NCBI RefSeq assembly: GCF_024521635.1
Contig: NW_026250403.1
Location: 930,001-994,000, forward strand
Source: Tricharina praecox
Taxonomy: Eukaryota
Direction of reading: 5' to 3'
DNA: 64,000 nt
Positions 1 to 12,929 of this stretch are shown here, piece by piece; the first letter of the stretch is position 1, and each line of letters opens with the position of its first letter. The translations under genes were made by a program, and so were the position numbers. The notes under the pieces are model-generated. The model saw nothing but the letters and a program-made list of their open reading frames with translations, did not search any database and was not told the DNA's origin.

Positions 1-3000
1 CGGTTCCCAGACGCTTTTGATCGGAAAAGAGACGTGGCAGATCGGAATTCAGACGTAGACGTGTCGGGACGGGGGGATTTGTTCTGCCAGTCATGTGCTT
101 ACGTCTGGCGTTGCTTCCGACGTTGAGTACGCTCCATACTGTAGCGTCGCCAAACCCAAATCTTCTGCACCCGTCCCCACAATAGACATCTCTGGAAGCC
201 TCGGTGGAGGTGTAATAGCGTACCGGGTCTGAAAATACACTGTGGTCCCGGACGGACATCGACGAAGTGTTGAGGTCCATGCATTCTGGCGATAATAATC
301 GATGAAGGCGAATCATGGCAGGCTAACAGTCTTATCCGTGCATCCGTCCAACTTCTTGCCCAACGAGCGGCCTGCAAGCCGACGAGTGTACAGGTTGAGG
401 GTCGTGAACCAGCGGAAGGTTGGTGGGCGGGTTTTCGACGCTCTGGTAGGTAGGACCTCAGAAATGCCGCCCGGTGGACAGACCATTCTCCAGACTCCGT
501 TCAATCATCGTTACGCACTTGGTTCGGTAGCACCTCTATTATTGCAGTTAGACACTATACGGTACTGCGTGGAGACGTAAAACTGCAAACAAATTTGAAT
601 AGATTCGTGAATGCCAAAGGACAGAAGGGCCAACGTACATACCTTCGAACCTCCATGAGAGACCAGCCGAAATCGGTCAATATCTGGCTTGTAACCATGG
701 TGGATTATCATCCGGTACATAGCAGAATGGACTGGGGGTTTTTCTGGAATGTGTACTTACTATGTGGAGGGAGATACGGCCTCGCGGTTGAAGAATCATC
801 CGATTAGGTGCCCAACCTCGCGGCCCCCAAGGCAAAAGACTGGCAGCCTAAGGCCGGTGCTCGTATTCAGGTTGGAATGACCCCATCGTGAGTTCCACAG
901 ATTCAGATTTCAAAATTCGGGGGGGTTGGTTAGCCAGTGCTGATCAGTCCGGGCAAATAGTAATCATCGAAGAGCTACATACAAGTCAACTTCAAACGAC
1001 ACCAACACCACCCACCTGATAGGCGTTCCGCAAGACGGAACCCACAGTGTCTCTCCAACTTTCGACACTTGCCCTGAAACCCCCAGTTATTCAGCCTCTA
1101 ACCCAACCTACAGCAAATCAACGGGAATAGACACCCCCTCGGCAGAAATACCATCGAGGTCCAATAGGTAGGTAGAGCAAAGTTGGGGCAGTGCAGCCTC
1201 CATACACATACGGGGGCGATCCGAAGCGTGGCATCCATACCTACATACATCCTATGTACCTACATACTACATGTAATGTGCGATAACTGCAGGCACTGAA
1301 ATCCCGCCGCTTCCGCATGCAATCTTAAGGTACCTAGACTTGTAGGTATTATACGAACTGAACTGGCCTCGCATGGATATCTGAGGAATATTGTAAACTC
1401 ACAACAGGATTGCGAACTTGAATCCCTCTCCCCCGCCGCCCCTCGAGAACCGAGGGAAAGCTTTCATGAATGATGACGGATCGGGTGTTTTTTTTACTGT
1501 GGTCCCTGCAAGGACCAGCAGGCATTAACCAGAGTAGGAACCGCTAGGACATCGGCGTCTCCCTCGCACTCCCACCGTCCCACGCGCCTAATCATACCAC
1601 ATCGAAACGCGGCCGGGCCGCAACGTTTCCAACCCGCCCCCGTGGAGAGCGGCAACGCCGATTAATTCCTTCCAGATCTGCCATTTCCCCTTCTCCTCTT
1701 CTCGTATCCCAACATACGGGGAAGAGGGGAGGGGTGTTATCTTTCCAGTCCCAGGGGCTCTTTTCTCTAACCCGTGATTGTACATAGATTTGTTTGGGGT
1801 TGGTTGGCTCATGCATACTTGTGCATAAGGCGGATCGCCAGGCGAACCGCTTGTTGACAACTCCACCCCAACCCTCCGCACCGGTACCGCAACCGGATGT
1901 GTCCGCCTAATCTTCAATACACACTGCGTATTTTCTATGAGCGATTGGTATGTACCTGTGTATGTACATAGGCGGGCGGGCTGCCCATTCGAAAAACAAC
2001 ACCGAGGGAAAATCTGTGCTCGACAGACAGACAATCTCGATTCTCGACCGACTGGAAGACGGTCATATGGAGGCTCTAGCACATCATCTGCGGGGCGTTT
2101 GATGAACTGGCTGTAGAGTACTCTACTCTACTCTACTAACTATAGGTACCGTAGTCGTCATGTGGTCCGGTAAGATCGACGACCCTCGGACAGGACATGC
2201 TGTCAAAACGGCTGTGCGGTTTGGTCTGCCTGACCCTATTACCCCAAGGGGGACCTCCCGCCTCTACCCCTCTGCCACGGTCCGTTTGTTGTCATCGAAA
2301 GGAGGATAGTTGGTACACTAGGTACCTACCGTAGACTGCGAGTGCGCTGTTGCGGAAAAGGGGGGGCGGGGGCCGCTGGGGAATTTGCAATTCTGCATGT
2401 GGAAAGAATTGCAACTGGCGAGACTACCGTATGTACGGTACGGTGCGGAGGTATTCCCGTGTTATGTGTATGATATCATGTAGTATAGGTAGTAGATGTG
2501 CAGAGCTAACTATCACGCCCCAGAAAGTCGGTAAGATTCGCTAGTTAGTAGGTACAAGCGGAGAAAGACTCACCCCCGCACCGGTCACTGAATAAGCTGG
2601 CCGAGAGGGACGTATACCTATATGATGTGCATAGGTAGAGACGTAAGATAAGTATCGAAGGATCCATCGAATGATGCTTATCGAAGACGAGCTGATGAAT
2701 TCGTAAGGTAAGCTAAGCAGTATCGGCTTGGGCTGAGAAAAAAGTGGCCCAAATAAATCTATAACTAGCATTTGTGGCCGGATATCGGACTAGTTCGGAC
2801 ATCCTGAACGTAAGTCATGAGAGTATGCGGATGAGATGGTGCAATTTTCTCCATGGTGAATTGGTAGCGCAATCCCTCATAGTTACCGCCCATAATCGAA
2901 AGTTTGACTCAACTGATTCCACGAGATGGACACTAAAGGAAAAACTCGGTCCTTGAGCTCGATTTGTAAAAACACAGATAGTAATAGTATATTTAATCCA

Positions 3001-3290
3001 TCCTTATTATCCCGTATGTACAAGAATACTACTAGCTACTTAGAATACTGACGAGTGTAAAGAAACAATAAAACAATAAAATCCCAACCAGGGAGCCAAA
3101 CCAGGCCCCCTTTCTCTATGATACCCCAATAACTCCAGAATAAAATCAAACAAATAACAAACCGCCCAAATACCACAATAATGGACACATACACGGTACA
3201 CATATATACAAACTGCGAGATGCGCCACCATAGGCGTACATCTGCTGGTATTATTTACAGGTTCGAAGCAATGGCGTCCGAGAATGCCGA

Positions 3291-4138
3291 TCAATACTCC
3301 GAAGGATGATATGGGAGGTAGTCCGAAGGAGCAGAGAACAATCTTCCGCCCCCAATGTTGTCCAAATTGTCCGCCGATCTAGCGGGCCGCAGAGATGGCC
3401 GCCTTCCTACCGGGGCATGCTGATTCGGTGCATGCGAGATTCGAAGCTCGGGGACCTCGTGCGGTTCGCACTGACCGCTTGATGGGGCATAGAAGGATGG
3501 ATGGTACCATGGTTCGTTCTGGGAGTAGTGGGATGGTGGAGGAAATGCCGTCGGGGTGAAGTACTCCATGAGTGGAGACGTTGGTGTCGAGTGAGAATGA
3601 CGGTGTCGAATAGGAGGGCCGTACAATCGAGCCGAGATTTGCTCCGATGTCTGGTCTAGTCGCTCGAGTGACGGGAAGAGGTCCAGATGAGGACAACTCG
3701 AGGCTGCAATGTGTGGTGAGCGATCAACCATACCGAGGGTATTGCGATGGTGTAATCGACCTGTAGATGGCATGAGCTAATTTTCTCGTGGTGTTGGGGG
3801 AATCAGTGAACACTTACGGTCTATGAACTTCTGATACTCCTTCTGGGCGTCCTGTTTCATCCGAGTCACCAAGACCGCCTTCATGTCGTACTGCAGAGGG
3901 CTTTGTATTTCGAATCCCTCGTCTCCCTGTGCACGTAGTGAGCATTCATCCTATCGAGCGGTGATTTCCTTGGTGGAGGTCTTACGGTTTTCATATCCGT
4001 GCCTTCGAGCCACATAACGTCCTCGCCAAAGTACTTTCTGAAGTGCTGAGCGAAGAACCGCTTCTCGAAGCCTTGAGTCTTGACGAAGAACCTCGGTGGT
4101 TGCTTCTGCGAGTATCTCCGAGTCGAAAAGTCGAACAT
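3291..4138 (-). CDS. Hypothetical protein, 3 exons (4138-3986, 3926-3818, 3760-3291)
   Basis: Two GTAAG...CAG introns (3985-3927, 3817-3761) join MFDFSTRRY...GTDMKT, GDEGFEIQSPLQYDMKAVLVTRMKQDAQKEYQKFID and the 3291-3773 ORF into one frame. Family not recognised; start codon is a best guess. Confidence 0.65.
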
Positions 4139-7100
4139 GATGGCTTTGAGCAGTGATGTGAAACAATTTTGCGAGTTGCGGGCTGGTGACAACGATGTAT
4201 TTGAGGTAGTCCCGTGGATCAATAGTGGCAGCATTCGGCTTGCGGGGAATAAAGTCTTATATGGCACTCTCTCAGGCGGGCAGTTGGGAGGGTGGCTCGC
4301 ACTATGCCGTGTTGGTTGCGAGGGAATGTCGGTGGCGCTTTGACGTAACTAGTGCAGATTCTCTGAGGCTGGAAGGAAGAAGTTGTATGTGTTGCCGCTC
4401 GAATAGAAGAATCCGGGGCATATGAACTTAAGTATGCATGATCAAGGGACGATTGTGGCAATTTAATTCATACAACAGGTTGTCTCGCTTTCAGAATGGC
4501 AATGGCTGGCTCGAAGTCAGTGGACGAAGACACAGTGCACACTGCACACCGTACATATTTCCAGGTATACGTAGAGTAGGTATGTCGCGCCGCCCTGCTT
4601 GCGTGAGGCAACTCCGCCTCGCAAGGGGGGTGCGGGGGGGCGATTTCAGACCTCTGTAAACCAGAGCAGACAGATTGAACATCCCAGTGTTGAGGGGGCA
4701 GAGGCGCAGCAGCCCACGGCCCGAGATCTAGGGTTAGCTCAGCTCACGTTACACGGCGGTGCAAACCTCACGTCGGTATATTTTCTTTTGCCGTGAGTTA
4801 TTGTTAACTGGCACTAGCCTGTCATGTAGAAACCAACAATACACGAGTAAATATTTTACGTGGCTTCGGGAAGCGTGTGAGCAGTCAGCTTAGGGTGGGC
4901 TTTGAAGTCATGATCTGGCCGAGTGATAGTTGTGCATATTAGTAGACCTAAGACCCCCGGCGGTAGTCGGACAGGTGAAACAGAGAAGCTAGCAGGCTTC
5001 AACCACATACAAGGCTACCTCCTGGCCCGGCCACCCGCGGTGAAGCGAGGCCATCTGCCAACTACTAGTACTGGCCCTAGGTACGCCATCCAAAGGGATG
5101 AAACATCGAAGCTTTAGAAGCTGAAAGTGTGAAGGATCCGGTTGGACCTAGGTACATATCATCTGAAGTTATCGCAATTTGCGGAGCATACGTACAAACA
5201 GCTCAAACCCCGCTGCCGCTCATACGGTACCTGGTTACTCGTCCATTCCAGATCTCTCCTACGACAACACTTCCAAGAGCATCTCCTTTTGCTCACATGG
5301 CACTCTTCCACGCTGTTTCAAACTAGGCTTTTCCGTTCAAGGTTTCCCATGTTCATTGTTTCCAGCACCAGCAATTCCCGCACTTCTGCCCACTAGCACT
5401 GCGGGTCTGTCCACACCATCTTCAGAGAATATTCTTCCATCGGATGTACTCCCGGGCAGTTCAAACACCGTTACATATGGCTAGCAGCCTTGTGAAGGCA
5501 CCGATACTATATTCCTCAGTGCCTTCAGCACGTCATAGCGGCGTGGAGCCCTCCGAAATTCCGGATTCCGCCAGGTTGCAAATACCACCTCAAAATGCCC
5601 TACATTCGGAAGTGTAGCCCTTCCAGCTCGTGACTCGTGAGGCCACAAGGCTTCGCCGGCGTAGTTACCCCCAGATGAGGTCGCCGAAGAGATCGCACGT
5701 GAGTCTAGGTGTGTACCCAGTCTCGCGAGCCGTACTCACGCCTCGAGACGGGGTGACCGGGTAAATCAGGTGATGGCGATTGAATTTCAGTGGGATTTAT
5801 CAGGCATGGCTCATGGTTATGCCGAGCCTCACTGTCCCCCTCGCAAGTGTTCATGTTTTGGACACCGTGGTGGAGCTGGTCCATGTTGATGGCCGCACCG
5901 AAAGGTCGGGCCCGTTCGGGGAGCGACATTCGGCACACGGTAACCACCCTGTGCTACCTCGTAATATGCCCATGGTGTCCTTCATATTTGTTACCAATTT
6001 GGAGTGGGTATCACTTTATCGCAAGGATGGTAATCGAAGGTACTGATGGGACTACATCGGTAACGGATACCTCTTCCACTAGAAGCGGGAATTTGTGGAA
6101 CAGTGGTGGAATACTTACTATATAGTAGTTGCGGTGACCTTTCATGAAGTTGCATCTTTGTTCGCCCCAATGCGACGCTGCGACGGCGGCGGCGTCTACT
6201 CATCCCTCGCGGCAAACACAACACACGACACATGACATCATCGTCTCGGCGCATTCCAAAAATCTAGTAACCCGTGCCCGTAGCCCGATAACTTACCTCC
6301 AAGCCCCACTCGAGCTTTGCCCCGAGGCTCGAGCTGAGTCTCAGGCTTCAGCTGCGGCATCGCGACGAGAAAAAACGGTTTTATTCTCGGCCTCCATACG
6401 CCGTATATACGCCCGGGGCGATGCTGTCGCTTTGGTTAGTTACCGGTATGCATGTCTACCGTATATGTAGGCCTAGCGGGCGTGTATGTTTAGCAGGTAA
6501 TCCGGCCTGGCTAGTGCTGAGTGGAGTCGTGGACATGGACAACTGGTGGCCCGTGGGAGGGTGAGCAGCACCGCCTCGCCGCCTCACCCACCCGCCGGCG
6601 ACATGTGGCGCATGCTTTCCCTCCGCCGCCATGACTGTGGATTCAGCTAAGCATTTAAACGAGTATGTACCATACATGCGGTATGTATAATTCAAGGCTG
6701 TCGGCGTTTCCTGTTGAACGGATGCCGGCGATGACGTCTCGGAGCATTAAAACTACATTCGGTATGTGCATACGTATTTTGACCTTTTGACCGTGTTGAC
6801 TTCGAATAGAGTACCTAGTACCCGTACAGAACAAGCGAGGGTGAAATCTACTGTAGCGCTACTACTCTATACAGCGTTGACGATAGGCGCATAGTTTACT
6901 GCCCGGTTTCCGTAGTGACGCACTGTGAATACATTACCAACTCAACCAAGACGCGCGTTCACGGTGTATGTATATAGCAACAATGCATCCGGCGCGGATA
7001 CTATACTATAGCACTATCTAGTAGCTTTTACCTCCCCCTTGTATTGTACTATAATACTTGGAACCCAGGTAAATACAGAAATATCCAACTCGCTTATCGA

Positions 7101-7340
7101 AGTCTTCCAAGATGTAGAATCGCGATAACCTCCCAAACCGAGTGTTTCATCATGATCCAAAACCGCTTTTCGACGATCCTAATTACCATCCACATATGAT
7201 GCTCTACATACATACGCTCACACAATAAACCGAAGCTAAAATTAAATAGACTAGAAAACACCTAGTCGACAATCTGCAAGAAATCCTCCTCCTCACTGCT
7301 TCCTAAGCCCGCGCTCCCCCACCTCAAGCATGCGATGTCC

Positions 7341-10300
7341 TCATCCTCGATCCAAATAACCAGCCCTGCGTATTTTCGGGACGAAAGCTTGTGGCGGCGC
7401 ACTGTAGGGACCTGGCGGCGCAGCGTAAGGGCTTGGAGCAGACTGGGCAGTCACCACGGGCTCGTACATATTTTGGCTGTAGGGGTAGTAGGGAGAGTGG
7501 TAAGGAGGATCTGTGTGAGCCCCATCGCTTTCAGCAAAGCTTACAGACTGTCTCCGCCGTAAGGCACTCTGCTGGGCCATGCGAGATGGGAGATAGTCGT
7601 GATAGCTGCTGCTGTCCCCTTCCGCTTCGGCTTGCGTACGATCTTTCAGTATCGATCGCCCTGGGCGGGAGCTGCGGCCGCCGAAATGAACGGGACTAGG
7701 CGAGAATGATGCCCCGCCTCCGTAACGATCATTAAACGAAATTTCGTTGTTGTTTGAAACATTCGCTGCCGGGGCGTTTGTTGTATTGTTTACTGGTGTA
7801 ACTTGGAGTGGAGCTTGGTAATCGTGTGGTGTGTGTGATGAATAGGGCCGATGCTCATACATGGCAGGATACGGAGAGTGATACTCGGGATACCTAGATG
7901 ACCCCGCGGGAGGGGGCGCAGAGATAGCTTGGGGCACACGCTCATACCCAGATGACGTCCTTCTGGACGGGCGAGGTGGTAGTGATCCATGAAACGTTGC
8001 GTGATGGTCGAGAGCCGGCGGTCTGTGCTCTGATTCATAGCCCTGGCCTACGAAAGCTGAATATGGTACGGTAGCTGGGTATGGTAAAGTTATGGGGAAT
8101 GGTACGGAAGCTGGATATGGTGCGGGAACGGGGTATGCTGAGTGCACTCTAGCTATACGACCCACGCGTTCCCTCGCGTCGAGGTTCGGTTGGGGAGCTA
8201 TTTGCCCAGCATATGGGGACTTGGGAGGTATCAAGATGGGACGGCCAGGGGAGGGCGTATCGGGGGCTTGCTGCTGTTGTCCTGTTGTTCCTGCCGCTAT
8301 GCTGCTACTGCTGCTGCCGCTCAGCTTCATCGTTGCGGGTTGTGGCTGCTGTTGATCCATGTAATGCGTGGAATGCGTGGAAGGTAGTTGATGTTGATAT
8401 TCAGATGGTATTGGTTGAGGCATTGGTGACTGCTGATATTGATACTGCGTGGATATGCGCTCCGGCATAGTCGGTTGTGGTTGTAATTCCGTGGGTGCTA
8501 GCATCACGTGTTGCGATGACTTCTTCCTGCGGCCACAGACAATTCCAAACAACCCCCGAACCACAGCCACGAACCACTGGAGTATCCCGTCGAAATGCAT
8601 CTTCGAATTTTTCATCTGATCCGTGTTTGGGATATCCGTGTTTGGGGTAGTTGGCTTGAAGCGTTGCCAGAACAATATGTTGAGACGTTGTAATTCTGAT
8701 ATGTAACGGAAGCCATACAGCAGGCAGAAGGATACCACTGATAGAGGTACCGAGACCACGAAGTACAGCCACAAAGGAGGCGATGATGTGGCCGGACTAT
8801 TCATTCCGAAGATTGTCTGAATACTCGAGATTAGGAACCTAGTATGCGTATAGAGAGTCTTGAGATACCGCAATGAACGTGGCAGGCAGGAAGAACACCG
8901 TGAGATATGTCAATCGTCTCATACTTTCGGCCTTGAAATTTTTAGCAGGCATTAAAGCTAGGGGCTTAGGTAGTAACCTGTTCATAGACCAGCACGCCCT
9001 CTTTTAACGTCTGGATGCTCTGGTCGACCTGCACTGCGCTGAAAATCTATAGGCAAGTCAATCCAGGTCTCTATATATGAGGTTCAGAACTTACCATGTC
9101 AATTGTAGTAGCCAGTTCCTCTTTCAACTGCTTGACGAAGAGTATATTCTGCTTCAGGCCTGACCCAACACTTCGAAATTCCGCAATGATCTCGTCGTTC
9201 TCAGCATATTCCGACAAGTCCGGTCCTGGCACAGCCGCAATCGACAAATCGACTTGCAGCGCGTTGACGAAGTTCAAGTTGGATTCCAAAGCAAGCTGGC
9301 AATCCTGCAAGACTCTGAGCTCTTGGTGAAGGACCTTGATAGCATCGGTCGTTGGGTGCGTCAGCAATGATTTTTCCGGAGACCCCCATTCTGCGATGTA
9401 CCCACCATCGATGCGCGCTGCAACATTACTTCACACTAGTTCCAAGTCAATTACTGAACAACTATGGTTATAACAAAGGATTATTACCGTGTTCGTGACT
9501 TTGACCCGCAGCTCTTCATCCAAGTTTCTCCAGGAAAGCATTGTGCGAACAATTTCCAACACCAGCCGCCTCGGATCGTGCACGGCAAGCTGCGTCCAAA
9601 GTGTTCCAGCATTGAGATTTCCCATAAGAGTGTTGAATCCGTCAAAATAGGAGCTAATACCGAATGGAGAGATTATATCCAAGCTCCAGCGTGGGTTGGC
9701 CCCAGACCCGGCAGTCCTCCGAAGGCAAACGCAAACCCTTTCCACTACCCCTATACGTTCGTGATCGAGTGCGATGACAGGCTTCCCTCGCGGCGTGCGA
9801 ATAGGGGTGTGTCTCTCCCAAAGATAACTCAACTTCAGTCCGTCAAGGCAGAACTCCACGACAATGTCACCTAACATCGAGCACCTCAATTTTAGCTCTG
9901 GAAATTCGAAATAATCGGGTGTGATCCTAGTTACCGGTCTTGGTATCTGTACGGCGAGCAGAATAGTTGGTGAATGACCATCCAGTGGAGGAAATTTCGA
10001 GCTGACTGCTGGCCAAGTCCCCTAGTTTAGGACCCCACATCTCATCGTTCCAAAACCTAATTTCACCGTTAGAAGGATTAACTTGATGGACGCACACACT
10101 TACTGGACCTTGAGTTCTGGACACAACTACATAATTGTTTAGCTCTATGTACACAAAGCTTAGTAGTTCTGGTGGCTTACCCCATCGAGTATAGAATACG
10201 GTAATGTGGAATCGTCTGTGACCTCAAGCTCAAGAAATCGCTCCTTCGGAACTGTATAGTACAGTACCTCCGTTTCCGCAGCATCTACATAGACGTCTCA

Positions 10301-10647
10301 TCAATCGTCCGTTTGAACACCCACCGCAAGCCAAACTAACCATGAGTGTTAAGGTCCCGCTGAACCCGTCGCATGACAATGTTATCATCCGTTTGAACTC
10401 CAGTACGTATAAGATATGGCGCATAGAAGTCGGTCCCGGGTGGTAGGTTTGGGAGCTGGGAACCAGCAGCATGCGCGCTCACGTCCCCGTCCGAGTCGTC
10501 CGGAGTGGGGTCGGTAGACGCTGACTTCTTTCCCGGGTCCGGCCTAAAGGGGGGTATCGGTGTCGGCGGTGGGATTGGAGGTGAGGGAGGCCCTCGGCTG
10601 ATGGGCGGCCTTCCCCCCGGAATCCACGTAGTGATGATAGAGTCCAT
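7341..10647 (-). CDS. Multi-exon CorA-like (GMN motif) membrane protein with long Pro/Ser/Gln/Tyr-rich C-terminal tail
   Basis: Roughly 9-10 exons linked by GT-AG introns. Splicing intron 8868-8817 gives SMRRLTYLTVFFLPATFIA|TIFGMN followed by a second TM helix (LWLYFVVSVPLSVVSFCLLY), the typical fungal CorA-like TM pair. A helical segment (IKVLHQELRVLQDCQLALESNL) precedes it. Confidence 0.7.
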
Positions 10648-11568
10648 GTTAGAGCGATGTCAGTGTCGTGAGGGTGAATGTAGATATGTGTTAAGAGTTC
10701 TCAGCCCCGAACTCGTCGCAAAGGAGACCCCTTAGTTATGTAACACAAGGCATTATACACTGCAGAAACCCCCTCGTCCGATACGAAGACGCTCTATCAT
10801 CTACTTGGTCGGACATGGCCGTCGCAATCGGATCGTTTTAGTACCAGATAGCTGGAACTTCTCACGACGAAAACACACCTCAGGGCGTTCAAATCGACTT
10901 TCTCACAAACCCTTCCCCGCAGCCTCGGATAATCCTGGCCGATCCGATTTCCATGACAATATCCGAGTACTCTGCCTGTACTCGTAAATCCGCAACGAAG
11001 CATTAGCTACCCGGTCTTGGCACCATGGGCCTCCATGTCGCACAACTCAATTAAATCACCAGCAAAACCACTTGACTCTTCGTCGACAACAACCTATGAG
11101 CAGGCGTGCTCAATCACGAATTCGATAGGCATTATCCAGCAGGCGCTAGATTTCTACACATGTACCTAAACTAGATCTAGGTACCTATCATACATAATTT
11201 CCTACCCAGAACACAGAACGAAAGCCACAACTATTCCACGGTGGTTTGAGGTTTCTTTGGTATTTAGGTTTAGACTAACGTTTATATATACGAGGATTCT
11301 CGCTGACCAAGAAGCTCCTGTATCTTCTTTGCCTCATAGTCGAAGCCACTACGATTGAAAATGTCCACAACCCACAACCGCCCCTACTCGTACTTGGGCC
11401 TAGCAAAGAGTCGGACGACGCAATATGATCGAGTGCTATCGCATGATATACGCTAGTTGGCCCGTCGCCGGGTAAAACTAACAACGTGAAGAGACACGAA
11501 AGCGCGTCGACCGGCGGCCGACTCCTGCCTTGATTATTGCACCAAGGTCAATTATACACACCACAACC

Positions 11569-12929
11569 ATGAGCGACGACCTCGACGAAAACCCGCGCGC
11601 CTTTCTCGATGTGTGCATTGGCGACGACGGGCCCACTCGGCGCATAACAATCCGGTTATTCCACGAGGACACGCCCAAAGCCGTCGACAAGTCCGTTTCC
11701 CTCCTCTTCTTCCCGGCAGCAGCAGCAGCAGTGTTTTCCGGCGTCGCAAACTGACAGCAAACCAACCGATATGTAGCTTCCTCATGATCTGTCGCGGCGA
11801 CGCCGGATCAATAAACCTCACAAATCCCAATCGCCTAATCAGACTCTGCTACTCGGGCTGCACCTTCCACCGTGTGGTCGACGGGTTCATGATCCAGAGC
11901 GGCGACATAACGCTGAACGACGGCAGGGGCGGAATGAGCGTGCTCGATCAGATCCGCGACGAAGAATTCGTCGGCGATCCGGCGGAGGAGAAAACGTTCG
12001 AGGACGAGAACCTGGGCTGGAAATCGATGAACGAGGCCGGGCTGGTTTGTATGGCCAACCGCGGTCCCGACACGAACACGTCGCAGTTCTTCATCACGCT
12101 CGACGATTGCTCGTTTTTGGATGGGAAACATACGGTGTTTGGAAAGGTCGAAACAGGACTGGATGTCGTCAGGGATATCGGAAAGGTCAAGGTGGGAGAG
12201 AATAATAAACCGGTCGAGGATGTGGTGATTGTCGACTGTGGCCAGTATTTTCCCGAAAGCCCGCAGCTAAGTAACGACGGCGATGATGAAGACTGCGCCG
12301 TCGATGGAGATGGAGACAAACCGGAAGAAGGGGAGGAAGACGAGGAAATGAATGATCGGGAAGAACAGGACACGCCTAAGCATGGCGGCAAGACTGGTTC
12401 AACTACCGGTGGAAACGGAGCAGGAAGTGTTTTCGGAGGAGGTGGAGGTGGAGGCGGCGGCGGCGGCGGCGGTGGTGGTGGTGGTTCGAACAGCGCGCGA
12501 CCAATCGACGCTGACGACCGCGGCAGCTCCCCCAAACCTACCCGATCACCAGAATCCCATCACCAGCCTCCTCCTCCTCGTCGTCCTCGCTCGAGATCCC
12601 CCTCTCAGCGAAGACACCGCCGTCACCGCGACCATCACCACCGCCGCCGTTCGCGATCGCCCCGTCGCCACCACTCCCGCTCCCGCAGTCCCCGTCGCCA
12701 CAAGCGTCACCGGGACGACGACGAGGAGGAGTACACGCGTGACGATCCGGATGCGGAGGAGCGCATACTCCGCGAGGAGCGCGAGCGCGAGGGTCGTCGC
12801 TGGGACAACATGCCATCCAACTCCGCCGCCGACGAGCCTGAGGTGAAATTCAAGGGCCGTGGAACAATGCGGTATCGGGAGAGGAAGCGGTGGGGAGGTG
12901 CCGGCGACAGCTATGGCAGACTTAATTAA
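11569..12929 (+). CDS. Cyclophilin-type peptidyl-prolyl isomerase with acidic, poly-Gly and RS/RH-rich C-terminal extension
   Basis: Intron 11691-11776. Motifs FHRVVDGFMIQSGD, MANRGPDTNTSQFFITL, LDGKHTVFGKV; tail with RSRSP repeats ending VKFKGRGTMRYRE. Confidence 0.93.

Noticed and set aside
1-3290. Numerous short ORFs at the window start
   Set aside because: No recognisable domains or consistent exon chain; treated as intergenic.
5179-6125. Possible small gene or pseudogene, and a 9-bp inverted repeat TGAAGGCAC/GTGCCTTCA near 5495-5528
   Set aside because: Could not build a stop-free spliced model, and the short hairpin is within chance expectation.
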